Source: the human T2T-CHM13v2.0 reference genome, Homo sapiens
NCBI RefSeq assembly: GCF_009914755.1
Contig: NC_060941.1
Reading direction: 5' to 3' (one strand)
Length of the DNA stretch: 64,000 nt
The position numbers and the translations under genes were made by a program. Below, in pieces: positions 1 to 14,104 of this stretch. A model generated the notes under the pieces. The model ran no database searches and was not told the origin of the DNA. It saw only the letters and a program-made list of their open reading frames with translations. Positions within the stretch are counted from its first letter, which is position 1; each line of letters opens with the position of its first letter.

Positions 1-128
1 CCTCTGAGAGACTGAACACTGCTCACCTTTCCCACTCACCTGGGGAGCCTTCCCTTAATCCTCGAGACTAAATTCTCTCAGACACCACATGCCATCACTC
101 TCCTCATTCTTACCCTCATGTTGACTCC

Positions 129-137
129 GTGTGTGTG

Positions 138-168
<31 letters not shown>
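129..168. repeat. (TG)n microsatellite
   Basis: Direct inspection. Confidence 0.95.
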
Positions 169-1449
169 TAGAGCTGTGTAGTGCTCCTCTTGGAAACAGT
201 TTCTGAACCCATCTGCAGGCCTGCTGCAGGAGCTTCAGAAGGCACATAGGGAGAGGGATGCTGGAGTGAAGAAGGTCTCTTTATTGGATGTTTTCTTTCT
301 AATTTCAGGTGGTGACTTTATGCTTGGTGGATCTGAAGCAACATCCTCAAGCACAAAATCATTTTTATGATGTAAAGATCCATCTGGGGGAGCACCTGGC
401 ACCTGTCAAACACCACCCAGCTCCGCCTAGAACCGGGCTGTGTTTGACCCTGCTCTCTCCTCAGACTGTGCTCCATGTGGACACCTGTGGCTAGCTGGGT
501 GAGGGGGAAGACTGCGGGATAAAGAGAGAAGGAGGAGGCAGGAGAAATGCACCTGGGCATGCTGCCACCCCAGGCACGCACGTGAAATCTTCGTGGATGG
601 GCAGGAAATGCCCATCCGTAGTAGCATGGGAAGCAGCATGGGGATAAACAAAGACCACTCAAATGAGAGACGCAAAGGCCCCAGCAAGGGAGTCAGCCAT
701 CGCCAGTTGCATTTTGGTAGAAATTTCCAGGCAGGCAGAGGATGGGAAAAGTTCACAGTGGAAAAAGAGGAGGCTCCAGGTGCACTCCGAGTGGAGGCTG
801 TTGGCTTGGGGAAGCTGGGGTGGCCGACCAGAAACGGGGCCTCCTGTGTGGTCAGTTAGGGCAGCAGATTTTCTGGTTGGTTCTAAGTTGGAAGCTGGGA
901 CAAAAATTAGGGAAGCTGTTATTAGTCAAGTTCTGGCTGTTTTGGGCTGGTTGTTACAGGGCGGTGTTAGGCTCCCTGGATTGACTGGAGATAGCGGGCT
1001 GGCTTCCTGCAGGTCTGACTTCTAGTGGGCTGGCTTCCTGGGCTGTTGCTGCAGATCCCAGGCTGGCTTTGGGGCTGGTTGCTGCAGATTATGGCTCAGA
1101 GTTTGATTTTTGTGTGTAGTCTCGCCACTGTCATTGTATATTCAGTCTCTCACAGGTCAGCTTATCAGCACCTGCTGGGCCACTCCAGGGCTTGCTACTT
1201 CAACCAAGGGATGGGTCTTGCAGATCTACCTTGCTAGCCCCCATTTCAGATGTGACGCTCGAGTCCTAACAAATGAAGGGCACATGTGTGGAGGCAGCTA
1301 ACAGCACAGAGCCAACTTCTAGGAGAATAGGACGAGAGAACATAAAGATGTATTGAAAACCATAACTCTTGAAAACCGTAAAATCTCAATCCTCAGGCAG
1401 GGTCTGAAATAATCACAACAAAAAGTTCTTTATAAGGACAGAAAACCCA

Positions 1450-2035
<586 letters not shown>

Positions 2036-4169
2036 GTAGAGAAAATCCAAAAGGAAATAATCTGTAAAGAGGCAAAACCAGCAAAATCAAGGGAGACTGA
2101 GAAATTTGAACCACAGCAACGGGACCCCACGGGATCCTAGCGTTGAGACCTTAAAGGGACCCTCGAGGACCTATCTCTAACCACAGCCTCCAGGCTGAAC
2201 CTTTCTCACTGCCTTGGGGCCCTGACTTCACCAGGACCCGTGCACGGCTTAGCCCCTGCAGGAAGCCCAGGGCGTCCTGCTGGCCTTTGGTGCAGAGTCC
2301 TTGGATGGAGCAGTGGCAGTGGCTGACTGCAGACGGCGTGGCCTCATGCACTTTCTGTGTTAAATGCATAGGTGGTGGAGTGGAGAAGAAAGTGACAGGC
2401 AGAGAATGACAGATGCCCCCTCCCTGGTCTGCTGCTTCTCAGGGGAAGGTCTGCTGGGGTGACTAGGGGAGGAGGAGGCATGGCTCTGAGGCCTCCCTGC
2501 CGGCCACTCCAGGCGCTCCCAGCCCCCTGGCCTCCGGGCCCCACAGGTCCCTGAGCACCTTGCTGGGAGATCCCTGTGTCCTGGCAGTGGTGACAAAGCT
2601 CCTAAAGCCTACCTGTCAAAACTCCCAGCTCTGTGTTCAAGTATGTTTTTCAAAAAACATTGGAATGAAACTGGTAGGGTTTGCATGATCCTCGCAGTGG
2701 AGAAAAACGTTAATGACGTTGCTGGTTGGAGCCTGTGAGTGCAGCACCCCCTGCTCAGGACACACAGGCATTGGTGCTGCTGTTGCCAGTCCTGTCCCAG
2801 CCTAGCTGCCTTAGAGAGGTGCTGGAGGGTCAAACTCTGCAAAACTGCAGTTTGCCACTGGTGGGTGGCTCAGGACTCAAGGCTAGCCCCCAGCCCCAGT
2901 CCTACAAACCTTCCCCGTGGACCTGTCGTGATGCCACCCGTCACACCCCCACCCCCTGGGAGCGCTGAGGCCCAGTCCTGGCTGCCACACTCGCCATCTC
3001 CTTGCTCCCCCTAGCCAGAGGGAGGCCCAGCACCTCGTGGTCGCTTTGGGGGTTGGGGGCCCCAAGTGCCTGGGGGACATGAGTTTAAGCAGAAATGGTG
3101 CACCCGAGGCCCCAGCCGGCCGGCCGGTCCCAGCAGCGCCCCCATTTCTCACGAAGGCTGGCAGCTACAATTCGGGCGAAGTCCACCGGCCCATCTGCAC
3201 CTGAGCAGCGATACTGGCCCAACAGACTCCAAGTGCCTGGATTTGCGGTGCTAAACCTGAAGGCCTTACCCTGCAGATGCAGAGGCCGCCGCGGTAGATC
3301 ACAGCAGGCAGAACTCCAGGTCAGCGCTCTTCCCTGGCACCACACCAGACCGGGCTGCCGACCACCTGGGTTTCTGCTGTGCCACACTGAAGAACATTTC
3401 TCCAGGGGACACAAACACTTAGCATTCTCTACTGAAGTTTTCTCTTTTACATTTAACATCGAGGTGTGCGATTCATCTGGAGTGCATACTTCTGTGCACC
3501 GTGAGCTGGTGCCCGCAGTTTGCTGGCCGGGGGCCGGGTAGGCAGGCATGGACAAGGAGTCCAGCACTTGTGGAGGAAGCTTTGGCAGCTCACTGACCAG
3601 GCAGCGGGTGCCCGACCTGGGTCCCTCTCCCTGCGCGCCCCTCCCCCATTTCCCTTCCCACGGTCCTCACTGGTCTGCCACACTGTCTTAGGGCAATTTC
3701 CCTTTCCTCCTGCTGCTCGCCCCTTGCCTTCACAGAGCGTGTTGCATGTGCAAACCTGGGTCTCTGACTGCAGCCCACCCTGGGACCCAGCAGGAGTAGG
3801 TGGTCATTCTCCAGGAGCACGTGCGGAGGTCTGTACTCTACCCTTTCATCCTCCGAGGTTAACAATAATAATAGTTATTGTTGCTGTTGTTCATCATTAT
3901 TGTAATGATTACCATTATTATTTGTTATTGTTATAAAAACACTGAATGAGATTTTCCCATCCATAAAGGGTGTCTGGTTGACTGAAGGTGAGGAAGGAGG
4001 AGTTTCAGGCTAGGAAATATTCTAATTCCTGCTGTAGCCCAGGGTCAGAGGTCAGGGGGAGTCCTCGGCCCCAGAGGTGCTGAATCAACCCTTCACTCAC
4101 AGCAAGTTCCCGTGTCTCTGGGGCGAATGCCCAGGGGTTTGGTTGCTGGGTTACATGGTCCTTAGGCAG

Positions 4170-4706
4170 GGGAAGCAAAACTTTACCTCTACTTTACCTC
4201 TCTGGCTGGGCCTAAACTTTACCTCTCTGGCTGGGCCTAAGAGGTAAGTGGACATAAAACACATTAACAGGAGAAAAGCACACAGATTTGCACATGTAAG
4301 TGGAACCCTGTAGGAAAAAGAGATCCGAAGAAGCAGTTAGGCCTGAACGCTTATATACTAGGTTGGACAAAGAGTAAGCTGTGAAAACGTGCAAGACAAT
4401 GGGGTCTGGGATAGGGCAGTTCACTGTGGAGAAGTGACGAGGCAGATGAGGGTTAGTTTAACGAGATTTGTTCATACAGATTCCCCTCGGCCCCAACTCC
4501 CTGCCTCTGATGGTAAGAATGGCTTCCTTCCTCCTGGTACAGGGAGGGCGCCTTTCCCATGGGAGATTCACCTCCTACTTTCAGGAAGAAAAAGGGGAGG
4601 TCAGGGCATCTTCCTTGTGTCTGCTGTTTTTCAAGTGCCTTTAGCTTAAAATAACCCTTATGCTAAAGTGGCATATTTTGGGGTGGCATATTCTGCCACG
4701 CTTCAC
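4170..4706 (-). mobile_element. MER34/MER39-family LTR
   Basis: Reverse complement begins tgaagcgtggcagaatatgccaccccaaaatatgccac. Confidence 0.7.
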
Positions 4707-4989
4707 TTGCACGTTTTTGTTGTTGCTGTTTTCTTTTTTGAAACTGCCACACTGTTTTCCAGAGTGGCAGTACAATATTACCTTACCACCAGCAATGTGT
4801 GAGAAAGCCTGTTCCTTCACAGCCTCACCCGCATTTGATGCTGTTCCTATATTTTGTTGAAGGCATTTGATGGATGTGTCATGACGTCTCACTGTCATTT
4901 TAATTTACACTCCCACAAAAGGCTAACGTCTTCTCATGTGCCGACTTGCCATCTGTACATCCTGCTCAGTGAAATGCTAGTTCATGTCT

Positions 4990-5530
4990 GTGAACTAAGT
5001 TTTCTGAAAAGGAATGTGGAAAGTGACTTTATTTCAGTGAACAGTTTGTAAATGGGGAAGTTGCAGCCTTCAGTGTAAAAGGAAAGTAAGTTCTAGAAAA
5101 CTAAGAAAGGGTTTGGGTTCTATGGTAAAAGTTTCTGTCCAGGTTTCCAACTACTTTCATTTATGTAAATGAAGGACTGAAACTCGTGCTGTCCTGATCG
5201 GTGGATGTAGCTGAATCCTGATTAGTCAATACAGGTGAACCCTGATTGATGCAGTTGAGTCCTGATTGGCCAGGGCAGGGGAGTTCTGACTTGTTCTTTA
5301 AGCCTTAAGCAGAAGACTGTCAGAAATTTCTTATAAATGGCTGTCAGGGGTCCAGGGAAGTGGTGCTCAGGATACAGTTATCTTGGCACTGACAACAGGA
5401 ACTGGTTTGGTTTGGTTGTGGAAGGGAGGTCTTGTGATACTTTTACAACATCTTTCTGAGAACACAGAGTACATGAAGGCTCTGTCACCCAGCTACGGCT
5501 CCCTGGTTCCATTTTAACTTTGAGCACCTC
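4990..5530 (-). mobile_element. ERV1 LTR (MER67-like)
   Basis: Reverse-complement start tgaggtgctcaaagttaaaatgg, with CCAAT-like repeats and a poly(A) signal in antisense. Confidence 0.45.
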
Positions 5531-5731
5531 AGTTAGTCTCCTGGGAGTCATTTTTTCTTTCTGCAGGGGGCATACTTTAACATGTCTTTCATCAATTTTG
5601 TAATTGGATTTTGAAGAAAAATACCGTTGCACTTTGAGGTTTTTTTTTTTACACATTCCTGTAGAATATATGGTTTGTAAATATATTCTTCTGATCTATA
5701 ATTTGTTTTCCTTCTCTTAAAAGGACCTTTC

Positions 5732-6055
<324 letters not shown>

Positions 6056-6249
6056 TTAATTTTGATGACTTCCAATTTACCCATCTCTCTTTATGAATCA
6101 TGCTTTTGATGTCAAGTATAAAATCTCCTTTTTTAGCCTAGATCCCAATTTTCTCTAAGAATTTTTTTTCCTAAAATTTTATAGTTTTACATTTTACATT
6201 GAAATGTGTGATCCATTTGGAGTTAATGTTTGTATGAGGTGTGAGGGTA

Positions 6250-7075
6250 GAACCCCCACAATTTATCCATTAAGAAAGGTGAGGAGACTTTATTTCTCAT
6301 AAGGATTACAGCCTTCAAGGTGGCCATCCCAGCCAAGGGACCAGAAACAGGCACTTCGAAGGAGGAGGGGTTAGGGTAGCAGCTTTATGCTGGGCAGATA
6401 GGCTAAACATACATATTCAACAGGTTATAGGAGGTGCTATGAATATTCATGAAGGTGGTCCTGACACATGCATATTGAACAGACATGCATGTAGCATATG
6501 ACCCATGTTCACTTTGGGGTGGAGACTTAACATTTAAATGTATTACAGTTAGGTCCTATATGTCAACAGGTCTTTTCAGGGCATGAAGTCACACAAGTGT
6601 GCAGCCTCTGTAAACCAGCCAAAGACAATCCATGGTTGGTGGTCTTATCAGGAAGTTATGGCTGGTAGAGCAGGGGTTTAGTAAGTCAGTGGGTGGTGGA
6701 GCTGGAAATTGTTTTACTCTTGTCTATCTTGAGGCCAGTGGTTGTTTAGCTGCTAGAGAAAAAGAAAAGCCTTGTGGTCCTTAGAACACAGTTTATTCTT
6801 TAAGCATAGGGTTAATGACTTAACCCTTGCCTGGCATGGCCTTAGGTCCTGTTTATAATTTGGCATTTTATTGCCACAGAGTCTGTTCTGTCAGTCTTCT
6901 GATCTCTGTGTTAACATTAATGCTGGTCTAAACCCCAAAAGGCAGGGGGTATAATGAGGCGTGTTTGACCTCCCACCCCATCATGACTAGAACTAAACTT
7001 TTAAGATTTTCCTGAGGTCCCCTTGGCCAAGAGGGGGTCCATTCATTTGGTGGGGGCCTGGGATTCTAAAGTTGA
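6250..7075 (-). mobile_element. MER4-group ERV1 LTR (MER49/MER65-like)
   Basis: ccccttggccaagagggggtccattca signature at the end and an antisense poly(A) signal. Interrupts an antisense L1. Confidence 0.6.
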
Positions 7076-7509
7076 CAGTGTCTAGGTCAAGGGTTTTGTT
7101 TTGCCTGCTTGTTTGCTGTGCCTGTGATGTGCAATTGCCCTACTCCCATTTGATGGAAAGGCTACCTTTCCTCCCACAAGGTGCTTTTGCATGCTTGTCA
7201 AACACCAGCTGGGTGCATTTGTTTTGGTCTCTTTTCTGTTCTGTAGATCATCTCCCTCTGTCCATACCACACTGTCTTTACTAGCTATTTAACGTGTTGA
7301 AATAGGGGTAACTTAATACTTGTTTTAAATTCTTCATTTAACATTTCATCATCAACATTTATCTCATCTAAAACAAAACAAATTCACACAGTGTACGGTG
7401 TGGATGTACTGGAGTTTATTTAACCCGACCCCTCTTAATCAATGGCTATTATCCCCCACCCCAGTTTTTTTTGTTATTATAGTAAATAATGCTGAAATAT
7501 TTTTAAAAG

Positions 7510-8100
7510 ATTTTTTAAAGTTTATTTTTAATTGACAAATCATAATTGTATATATTCATGGGATACAATGTGATGTTTTGATATATGTATACATTGGTGG
7601 AACAATTACTTTAAGCTAATTAAGATATCCATCACCAACACATCTATTTTTTTGTGGTGAGATTATTTAAAATCTACTATTTAAGGAATTTTGACATATA
7701 AAATGCATTAACTACAGTCACCGTGCCATGTGGATCACTAAAACATATTCCTCTTGTCTAACTGAATCCTTGTACCCTTTGACTAACATCTTCCCCCTCC
7801 TGCCCTTCCCCCGGCCTCAAGTAGCCACCGTTCTACTCTCCGTTTCTATGAGTTCAACTATTTTCAGATTCCACATACAGGAGAGACCAGGTGGTATTTG
7901 TTTCTGTGCCTGGCTTACTTTTCTTAGTACAATGACCTCCACGTTCATCCATGTTGTCGCCAATGGCAGGATTTCCTTTTATTCAAAGGCGGGACAGTAC
8001 CCCGTGGTGTACATACACCACATTTTCTTTATCCGTTCAGCCACTAGTAGATGCTTCCATATCTTGGCTAGGTTGCTTCCGTATCTTGGCTACTGTGAAT
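7510..8100 (-). mobile_element. L1MA 3' end, antisense
   Basis: ttattttaattgacaaatcataattgtatatattcatgggatacaatgtgatg signature. Confidence 0.8.
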
Positions 8101-8319
8101 GAAATCAATATTCTTATCTTATGCATAAGCGATCCCCACACTCATTTGTTATCTTTTGACTTTGCTTGTGTATTTTGTTCAAACTTTATGTTGTCAAGCC
8201 GATCAATCATTTCCTTGATGGCTTCTGGGTTTATTTAATGCTTTAGAAAGGCTTCCCCATTCCGAAAAGACAGAATAAAAGCGATTCACCCATGTTCTCC
8301 CTTTCACGGTTTCAACTTC

Positions 8320-10145
8320 ACTGTCTCTCCCGCCGCCAGAGCCCAGCAAAACTTTCTAATCCGCGAGGAGCCCGGGACCCCGCTGCGCTGGGAAGCCGAG
8401 GCAGGGCGCCGGCCTGCGGGGGTCTTCGGAAACGTTCCCGGTTCCCGCGGAAGATCGCCCGGCCCGGAGCCGCGTGGGCTGTCTGTCCTCGCAGGTAGCA
8501 GTCACTCGGAGCAGAACGGTAGTTAGGAAAAATTTTCAAGTCTCCTTCGGCTGCGGGGTCGCGCCATTCCAGGCGGTGCCAACTGGGAGCTCCTTCACCC
8601 GCCCCAGGCCGAGAAACGCGATCCCAGTTGGTCAGGGACTAGGAGAGGCCTCGCCCGCCGGAGATGAGGATCCGATCCGCGGCCGCTGGCGCCGGCTGTC
8701 GGGCGCCACCTGGCTGCACTGTTAAGGTTTTCTCTCCGGCGCTCTGGCGAAGCCGGCAAGAAAGGGGATTTGGCCACAGGGCGCGGTGCAGAGTTCCAGG
8801 GGACTGGCAGCGCTGGCAGGATGAGCCCGGCTTTGCTGGGTGTACTCTTCGTCCTTTCGTCGGAGATTAAACCTGAGGGTCAGCGTTGTAGGCGCGCTCT
8901 TGAGCTCGGAGTGCTGTGGCCTGAGCGGGTCAATTAGTACACGCGGGAATCGCTGGGCCTTCCGAGAGTGTGAACGGGGGATGGGGTATCCCGCCCGGAC
9001 GCTGACTGGCGTGGGGCCCGGTCCTCAGGCCTTCCATTACACCCATTATCTCCAAGCCCCGACCCGGAGGTGAGGACCGGCCCGGCTGTTCCAGGAGGAC
9101 TGCGAAGGGTAGCATGGGCCCGTCCGTGGCCACGCGTGGGTCATGGTCATCCGACTTGAGCTTCACACCTTTTTCTGAGTCTTGTTTTGGAGGTGGAGAC
9201 TGGCTTGGGCAGTACGAGAAAAACGGGGAAGGCGCAGTGGATTTAGCCGTGGCCCGCATAATGGGATCTTGTGGTTGGACTTTGGGGCCCCACCCTCCCC
9301 ACCGGGGAAGAGCGTACAGCCTCTGGCTCCGAGATAGAGGGGCGACCAGATGTCCCATGGATGATCTTTGTTAGAGTTGCTGGGTCGATCAGCCTCATTT
9401 CTGCAGTTTTGATGTGGCCTCAGAAAGCTGATCAGATCGACCAGCAGCCCAACCAAGCAGATGGGCAACTAGAATTTGGGAGAGGAGAAGGGGAAAAGGC
9501 GAGGAGAGAAGGGCGTCGGGGGAGGCCTGTGGGGAGGTAAGGGTAGGGGGATGGGGGAACCTGAGATTTATATAGCAATAGTAATTGTTATAAGCAAGTA
9601 TTATAAACAAATAATAATTTATTTACATTTAAAAACTATGTCAATATAAATAATATACATTTATAGAATTATAAGTATAAATTATACTTTATAAATAATA
9701 AATCTACATAAATAGTGATTAGACATAAACAGTTATACTTCTGAAGAGGACGCAGGAGGGGCTTTCTGTCTGCAGAAATTTCTAAATGCCCCTGGGGAGG
9801 CTGAGGTAGGTCGACCCCGGTGAATTTTGAAGTCCACTCTGGGTGGGGAGCTGGCCCGGGAGGCGCTGGGGAGTCTGTCCCCTGCTCGGCAGCTCACGGT
9901 TCCACTCACGCCTGCCAGGGAGCCCCGAGGTGGGAATGCGACCCGAGGTGGACCCTGACGAGGCCTGGCGTCCTACCCGCCCGCCCGCGATCCGGATCCG
10001 TCCGGCTGGCTTTCACGCTGGTTGTCTAGCGACACCTGGCGGTCACCTTTATATATAGCAAGCTCTACCAGCGGGGGCGACGTGGGATTGGGTGGCCGGA
10101 TGGTTAAAGGGGATATTAGGTTATGGTGGGGGGTGGGGGGGCGTC
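8320..10145. promoter_or_regulatory. Orphan CpG/GC-rich block (8320-9560 and 9800-10145) with CTCF-like and Sal-box-like motifs
   Basis: CpG-rich with no recognisable ORF. CTCF-like motifs at 8703-8716 and 10029-10042. GGTCGACCAG-like motifs at 9339, 9382, 9434 and 9808. Flanked by AT-rich low-complexity tracts. Confidence 0.65.
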
Positions 10146-10723
10146 CTGAGGTTTATAGTAGTAGTAGTAATAATATTCTTTTTATTATGTAATTTATAAA
10201 TATAAATTGTCATAAATACACAAATAATATATACTTATGTAGATACTATAAATGTCATAGTACAAATATGCGTAATATATAGATTATATATTTTAGTAAA
10301 TATTTATGTATAAATATTAAATCAGTAATTATAATTATTTGGTCCTTGCTGGGATTCATCATTATTGTAATTATTACCATTATTATAAATAGTAATTATA
10401 GTAGTAGTAGTAATAGTAGCAGCTTTTTTTTTTTTTTTTAAATAGCAACACTGAATAAACTGTCTCTGTCAAAGAAAGGTGATCAAGTGACTGGAGATAA
10501 TAAAGAAGGGTTTCAGTCCGTGGGATTTAAAAAATCCACCCAAGAGCCTGGTGACGCTCTGACCCACAGTCTGTGAAGCAGCCAGCTGGAAACTGCATAC
10601 AGCAACCCTAATGGTCAGGACTGCACTGACGGCTTCCCTCCTTTTTGCCCTTGCTTCCAACTTAGGACCAACAGGGAGAACCAAATAGGCACCCTCTTAC
10701 CAGTCAGGTAGGATCCCCTGACT

Positions 10724-11350
10724 GGATACAGGAGATGGAAATAAATTGTTTAGGCAGATAGGGCAAAAGAGTCCTTGGCAGAACTCTAACAAAAAACATC
10801 CCAAGAAATCATTTCTTTCTAACAAAGAGCAGCCTGAAAGATGGAGCTGCAAACATAGATGAGGAAGCTGGAAGCTTGCAGGGGGGTGGGGGAGGCCTGC
10901 AGCTGCACTGATAAAAGGGACTACCTGGCGCCAGGCATGTCCACCATGGGGGGTTCACCTTCCCTAATTATTTTTTGTTGTTGTTAACACATGCACAGTA
11001 AGAAAGAAATAAGCAACATGGAGTAGCTACCCACGTGCGTAATAAAAGATTGGTGTGGGGGCGTCCAGAGATTCGTGCCCTATGCAGATGGCACACCTGG
11101 TCCTGTTTTTTCGCACCCGATGTAGATCAGACACTGCTCCCCACTAGCTCATCTATAAAAATCTTTGCATTCCACTGTGCATCAGCGACCTATTTTTCCG
11201 GGACCCCTCTCTGTAGCAGAGAGCTATTCTCTTTCTTTCACGTATTAAATTTCCACTCTTAACCTCACCCTTTGTGTGTCCTCGCCCTTGATCTCTGTGG
11301 CTGTGAGACAATGAACCTTGGGTGTCACCCCAGACAATGAGGCCACTTCA
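10724..11350 (+). mobile_element. MER50-like ERV1 solo LTR
   Basis: gatacaggagatggaaataaattgtttaggcagatag start and ccagacaatgaggccacttca end resemble the MER50 consensus. Confidence 0.7.
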
Positions 11351-11725
11351 CTAGCAGCCGCCTCTGGTGGCTGGCAACCCCATCAGGACTCCTCTTCCCC
11401 TTTTCCACCACAGATTTCCCATTCCTCTCCCTGCCTTTGAGTCTCTGCCAAACATTATTGAGCTGCATGAAAGAACCTTAAATGCATATTACTAACTGAA
11501 AGAAACTGATCTGAAAAGGCTGCATACTGTAAGATTCCAACTCTGTCACATTCTGGAAAAGGCACAACCATGGAGACAGTAAGAAGAGCAGTGGTTGGCA
11601 GGGGTTGGGGGAGAGAGGGATGAACAGGCAGAGCACAGGGGATTTGCCGGACTGTGAAACTACTCTGTATGATATGACAGTGGTGGATATGGCATTAGAC
11701 ATCTGTTCAAACCCACAGAATGTAC

Positions 11726-12522
11726 TGAGGACTAAACTGACATTTTTTCTCTCTTGCCCAAATTCCTATCTAAGGGGCCTGGGGAGTCATACCCTAGAAA
11801 CTGACATCTCAACAGATGGGCTTTATTTAACCCTATATATAACACAGCTTTCTTTCCCACCTGACTCTCGTATAACATCATATGACAGATAAAGAAGGAA
11901 ATAAAAATATTTTACCCCAAAATAGGATTTTTTTTGCGTATTTTGAAATGGCCCTGCAAAGCTGTCTCTTGTGGGGAAAATTTGCATCCGTAAAGAATCT
12001 CTATTACCATAACTAGCTCTTTTCCCTTCCAGGCCCTCCCAATCCTCTAGAGATTAGCTGAAAGTCTAGCACCTTTTAAAAGTCTGAATAGGAAATATTG
12101 GCCATCTATTGTCTCTAAGGGCGACCTCCATGAGACTTCATCTACATGGTAAGAACCTTGGTCTCCACAACCCCTTATCTTGACCCAGATACTCCTTTGT
12201 ATTGATTGCAGGTTTTTAGATAATAACTGTTTCAATCAATTGCCAATCAGAAAATCTTTGAATCCACCTATGACCTGGAAGCCTTCCTCCCACCGACCCC
12301 CTTCGAGCTGTCCCACCTTTCTGGACTGAAGCAATGTACATCTCACATGTACTGATTAATGACTCATGTCTCCTTAAAGCGTATAAAACCAAACTGTAAA
12401 ACAACTGCTTTGGGCACATGTTCTCAGGGCCTCTTGAGACTGACTGTACCTTGGGTCACTCACATTTGGCTCAGAATAAATCTCTTCAAATATTTTACAG
12501 AGTTTGGCTCTTTTCACTGACA
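11726..12522 (+). mobile_element. MER4-family LTR inserted into an L1 3' end
   Basis: TG...CA termini with the ggctcagaataaatctcttcaaatattttacagagtttg end. Imperfect TSD gtac/atac. L1 sequence (acccacagaatg|tacaacaccaagagtga) is continuous across it. Confidence 0.8.
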
Positions 12523-12759
12523 ATACAACACCAAGAGTGACCCTAATGTGAACCACAGACTTTGGGTGATAATGATGTGTTGGTGTGGGTTTAGCAGTAG
12601 TAACAAATGCGCCCTGCTGATGTGGGACATGGACAGTAGGGCAGGCTGTGCATGTGTGTGTGTGTATGTGTGTGTGTGTGTGTGCGCACGTGAGCACATG
12701 CGGGCCGGTGAGGGGTGTATATGAGAGCTCTCTGCACGCTCAGCTCAATTTTGCTGTGT

Positions 12760-13870
12760 AAGTATAGAAAAAATCTTTCCTCCACCCATCTAAGGTTTAT
12801 TGCCTTGGCCCCACAAATTTAGACCAATGAAAGCCAGGTTAACAAGAGAAAACAACGCATTTATTAATTCATGCATCGCAAATACACATGGGAGAGCTCA
12901 GTGATAAGTAATAACTCAAAAAGGTGGTTAGAACTTGGGCTTATTAGCATCTTAATGAGAGAGCAATGTATTTGTAGAGAAGTGGAAAGACAAAGGAAGG
13001 GGACCTTGAGCTTCTTTGGATAACAAGTTGTGGGAAGGTAGATCTATGGGGGAAGCTGACAGATAAGGTTGATTTGGTGTGCTTGTGATGTTGATTTTTC
13101 TGGTGCTACCTCTGGGCTGGTAAGAGCCATCCTGCCCTTCTGGTAGATGGGGACAGGGCAGAGAGTTTGTCCTGTGTCTACTTGGTCTCAGTTGTCTTCA
13201 GCTCAAAATAATCTTTGTATCAGAGTGGCATATTTTGGGATGGCATACTCTAAGCCCCTTCAGCTGTGAATTCAAAACAACTCTAAAAAGTCAATTAAAA
13301 ATTGTATTCCTATAACATGGCCCTTGCTGGTGGGGCTCAGGACACACCACCCCAAAATATGACAGTACAAAACCAGATATGTGAACACAAAATATACTTC
13401 TTAGGCAAATTTTGATCTTGTTATTCTAAGAAATTGCAGACACAGGAGTAGCTCTGAAAAACTGCCCTTTTGTAAAAGAAATTTATAACTATAAAAGAAA
13501 TCTACATTAGTGAAGTATCTGTATCAGGAAGAGGGCTGGTTCCAGACAACTTCTATCACCCCAGAGACTTTTCTCTGCAGAACAAGACACCTTTTATTCA
13601 CCAGACATTGCCTCCCCTCACCCTCCCAGAACTTGTGCCCATCCTCAGCAAGCCCCAAGCCCCTGTTCCTTTCTGTAACTCAGGACACTATCTAAGCTTC
13701 ATTCATCTGGCCCTTCTCCTAGTCTATAGTTTGGGGGACTCCTGTGCATATAGATGTAATTAAAGTGGTGTTTCTCCTATTAGCTTTTCTTATGTCAATT
13801 TAATTCCTAGCCCAGCCAAAGAACCTAGAAGGGGAAGGGGAAGGGGAAGCCATTTTTCCCTCCACGACCT
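12760..13870. mobile_element. Two divergently oriented MER34/MER39-family LTRs (~12760-13263 minus; ~13330-13870 plus)
   Basis: Both carry the ccaccccaaaatatg signature start. Confidence 0.65.
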
Positions 13871-14104
13871 GCTTTTCAAGATCCCAGTTTGTTGGAACCA
13901 CTTCAGAGTTAACCCTCTGTAAATACTTGTCAGTCCTCATCTTTTCAGTGTTTTCACCTGACATTCACTCTTTATTGCACTCTTACGTCTCCCAACAGGT
14001 TGCTCAAGAAACTCTCCCTTGCTGTGGACACTGCTGACTTCTGTAAAATACATTTACAGGAGGCCATTAGTTTGGACTGAGCTTCTGCACTAGGCCCAAC
14101 AGAC

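Noticed and set aside
1-1156. 15/16-bp inverted match between 1-16 and 1141-1156 suggesting TIRs
   Set aside because: Match length is compatible with chance, the right copy looks like an LTR terminus, and the left flank cannot be seen.
2880-3940. GC-rich stretch with overlapping 140-160 aa ORFs
   Set aside because: No recognisable protein similarity or splice structure; long ORFs on both strands are expected from GC content.
10066-10080. CCAGCGGGGGCG as a third CTCF site
   Set aside because: Spacing is one base short of the core consensus.
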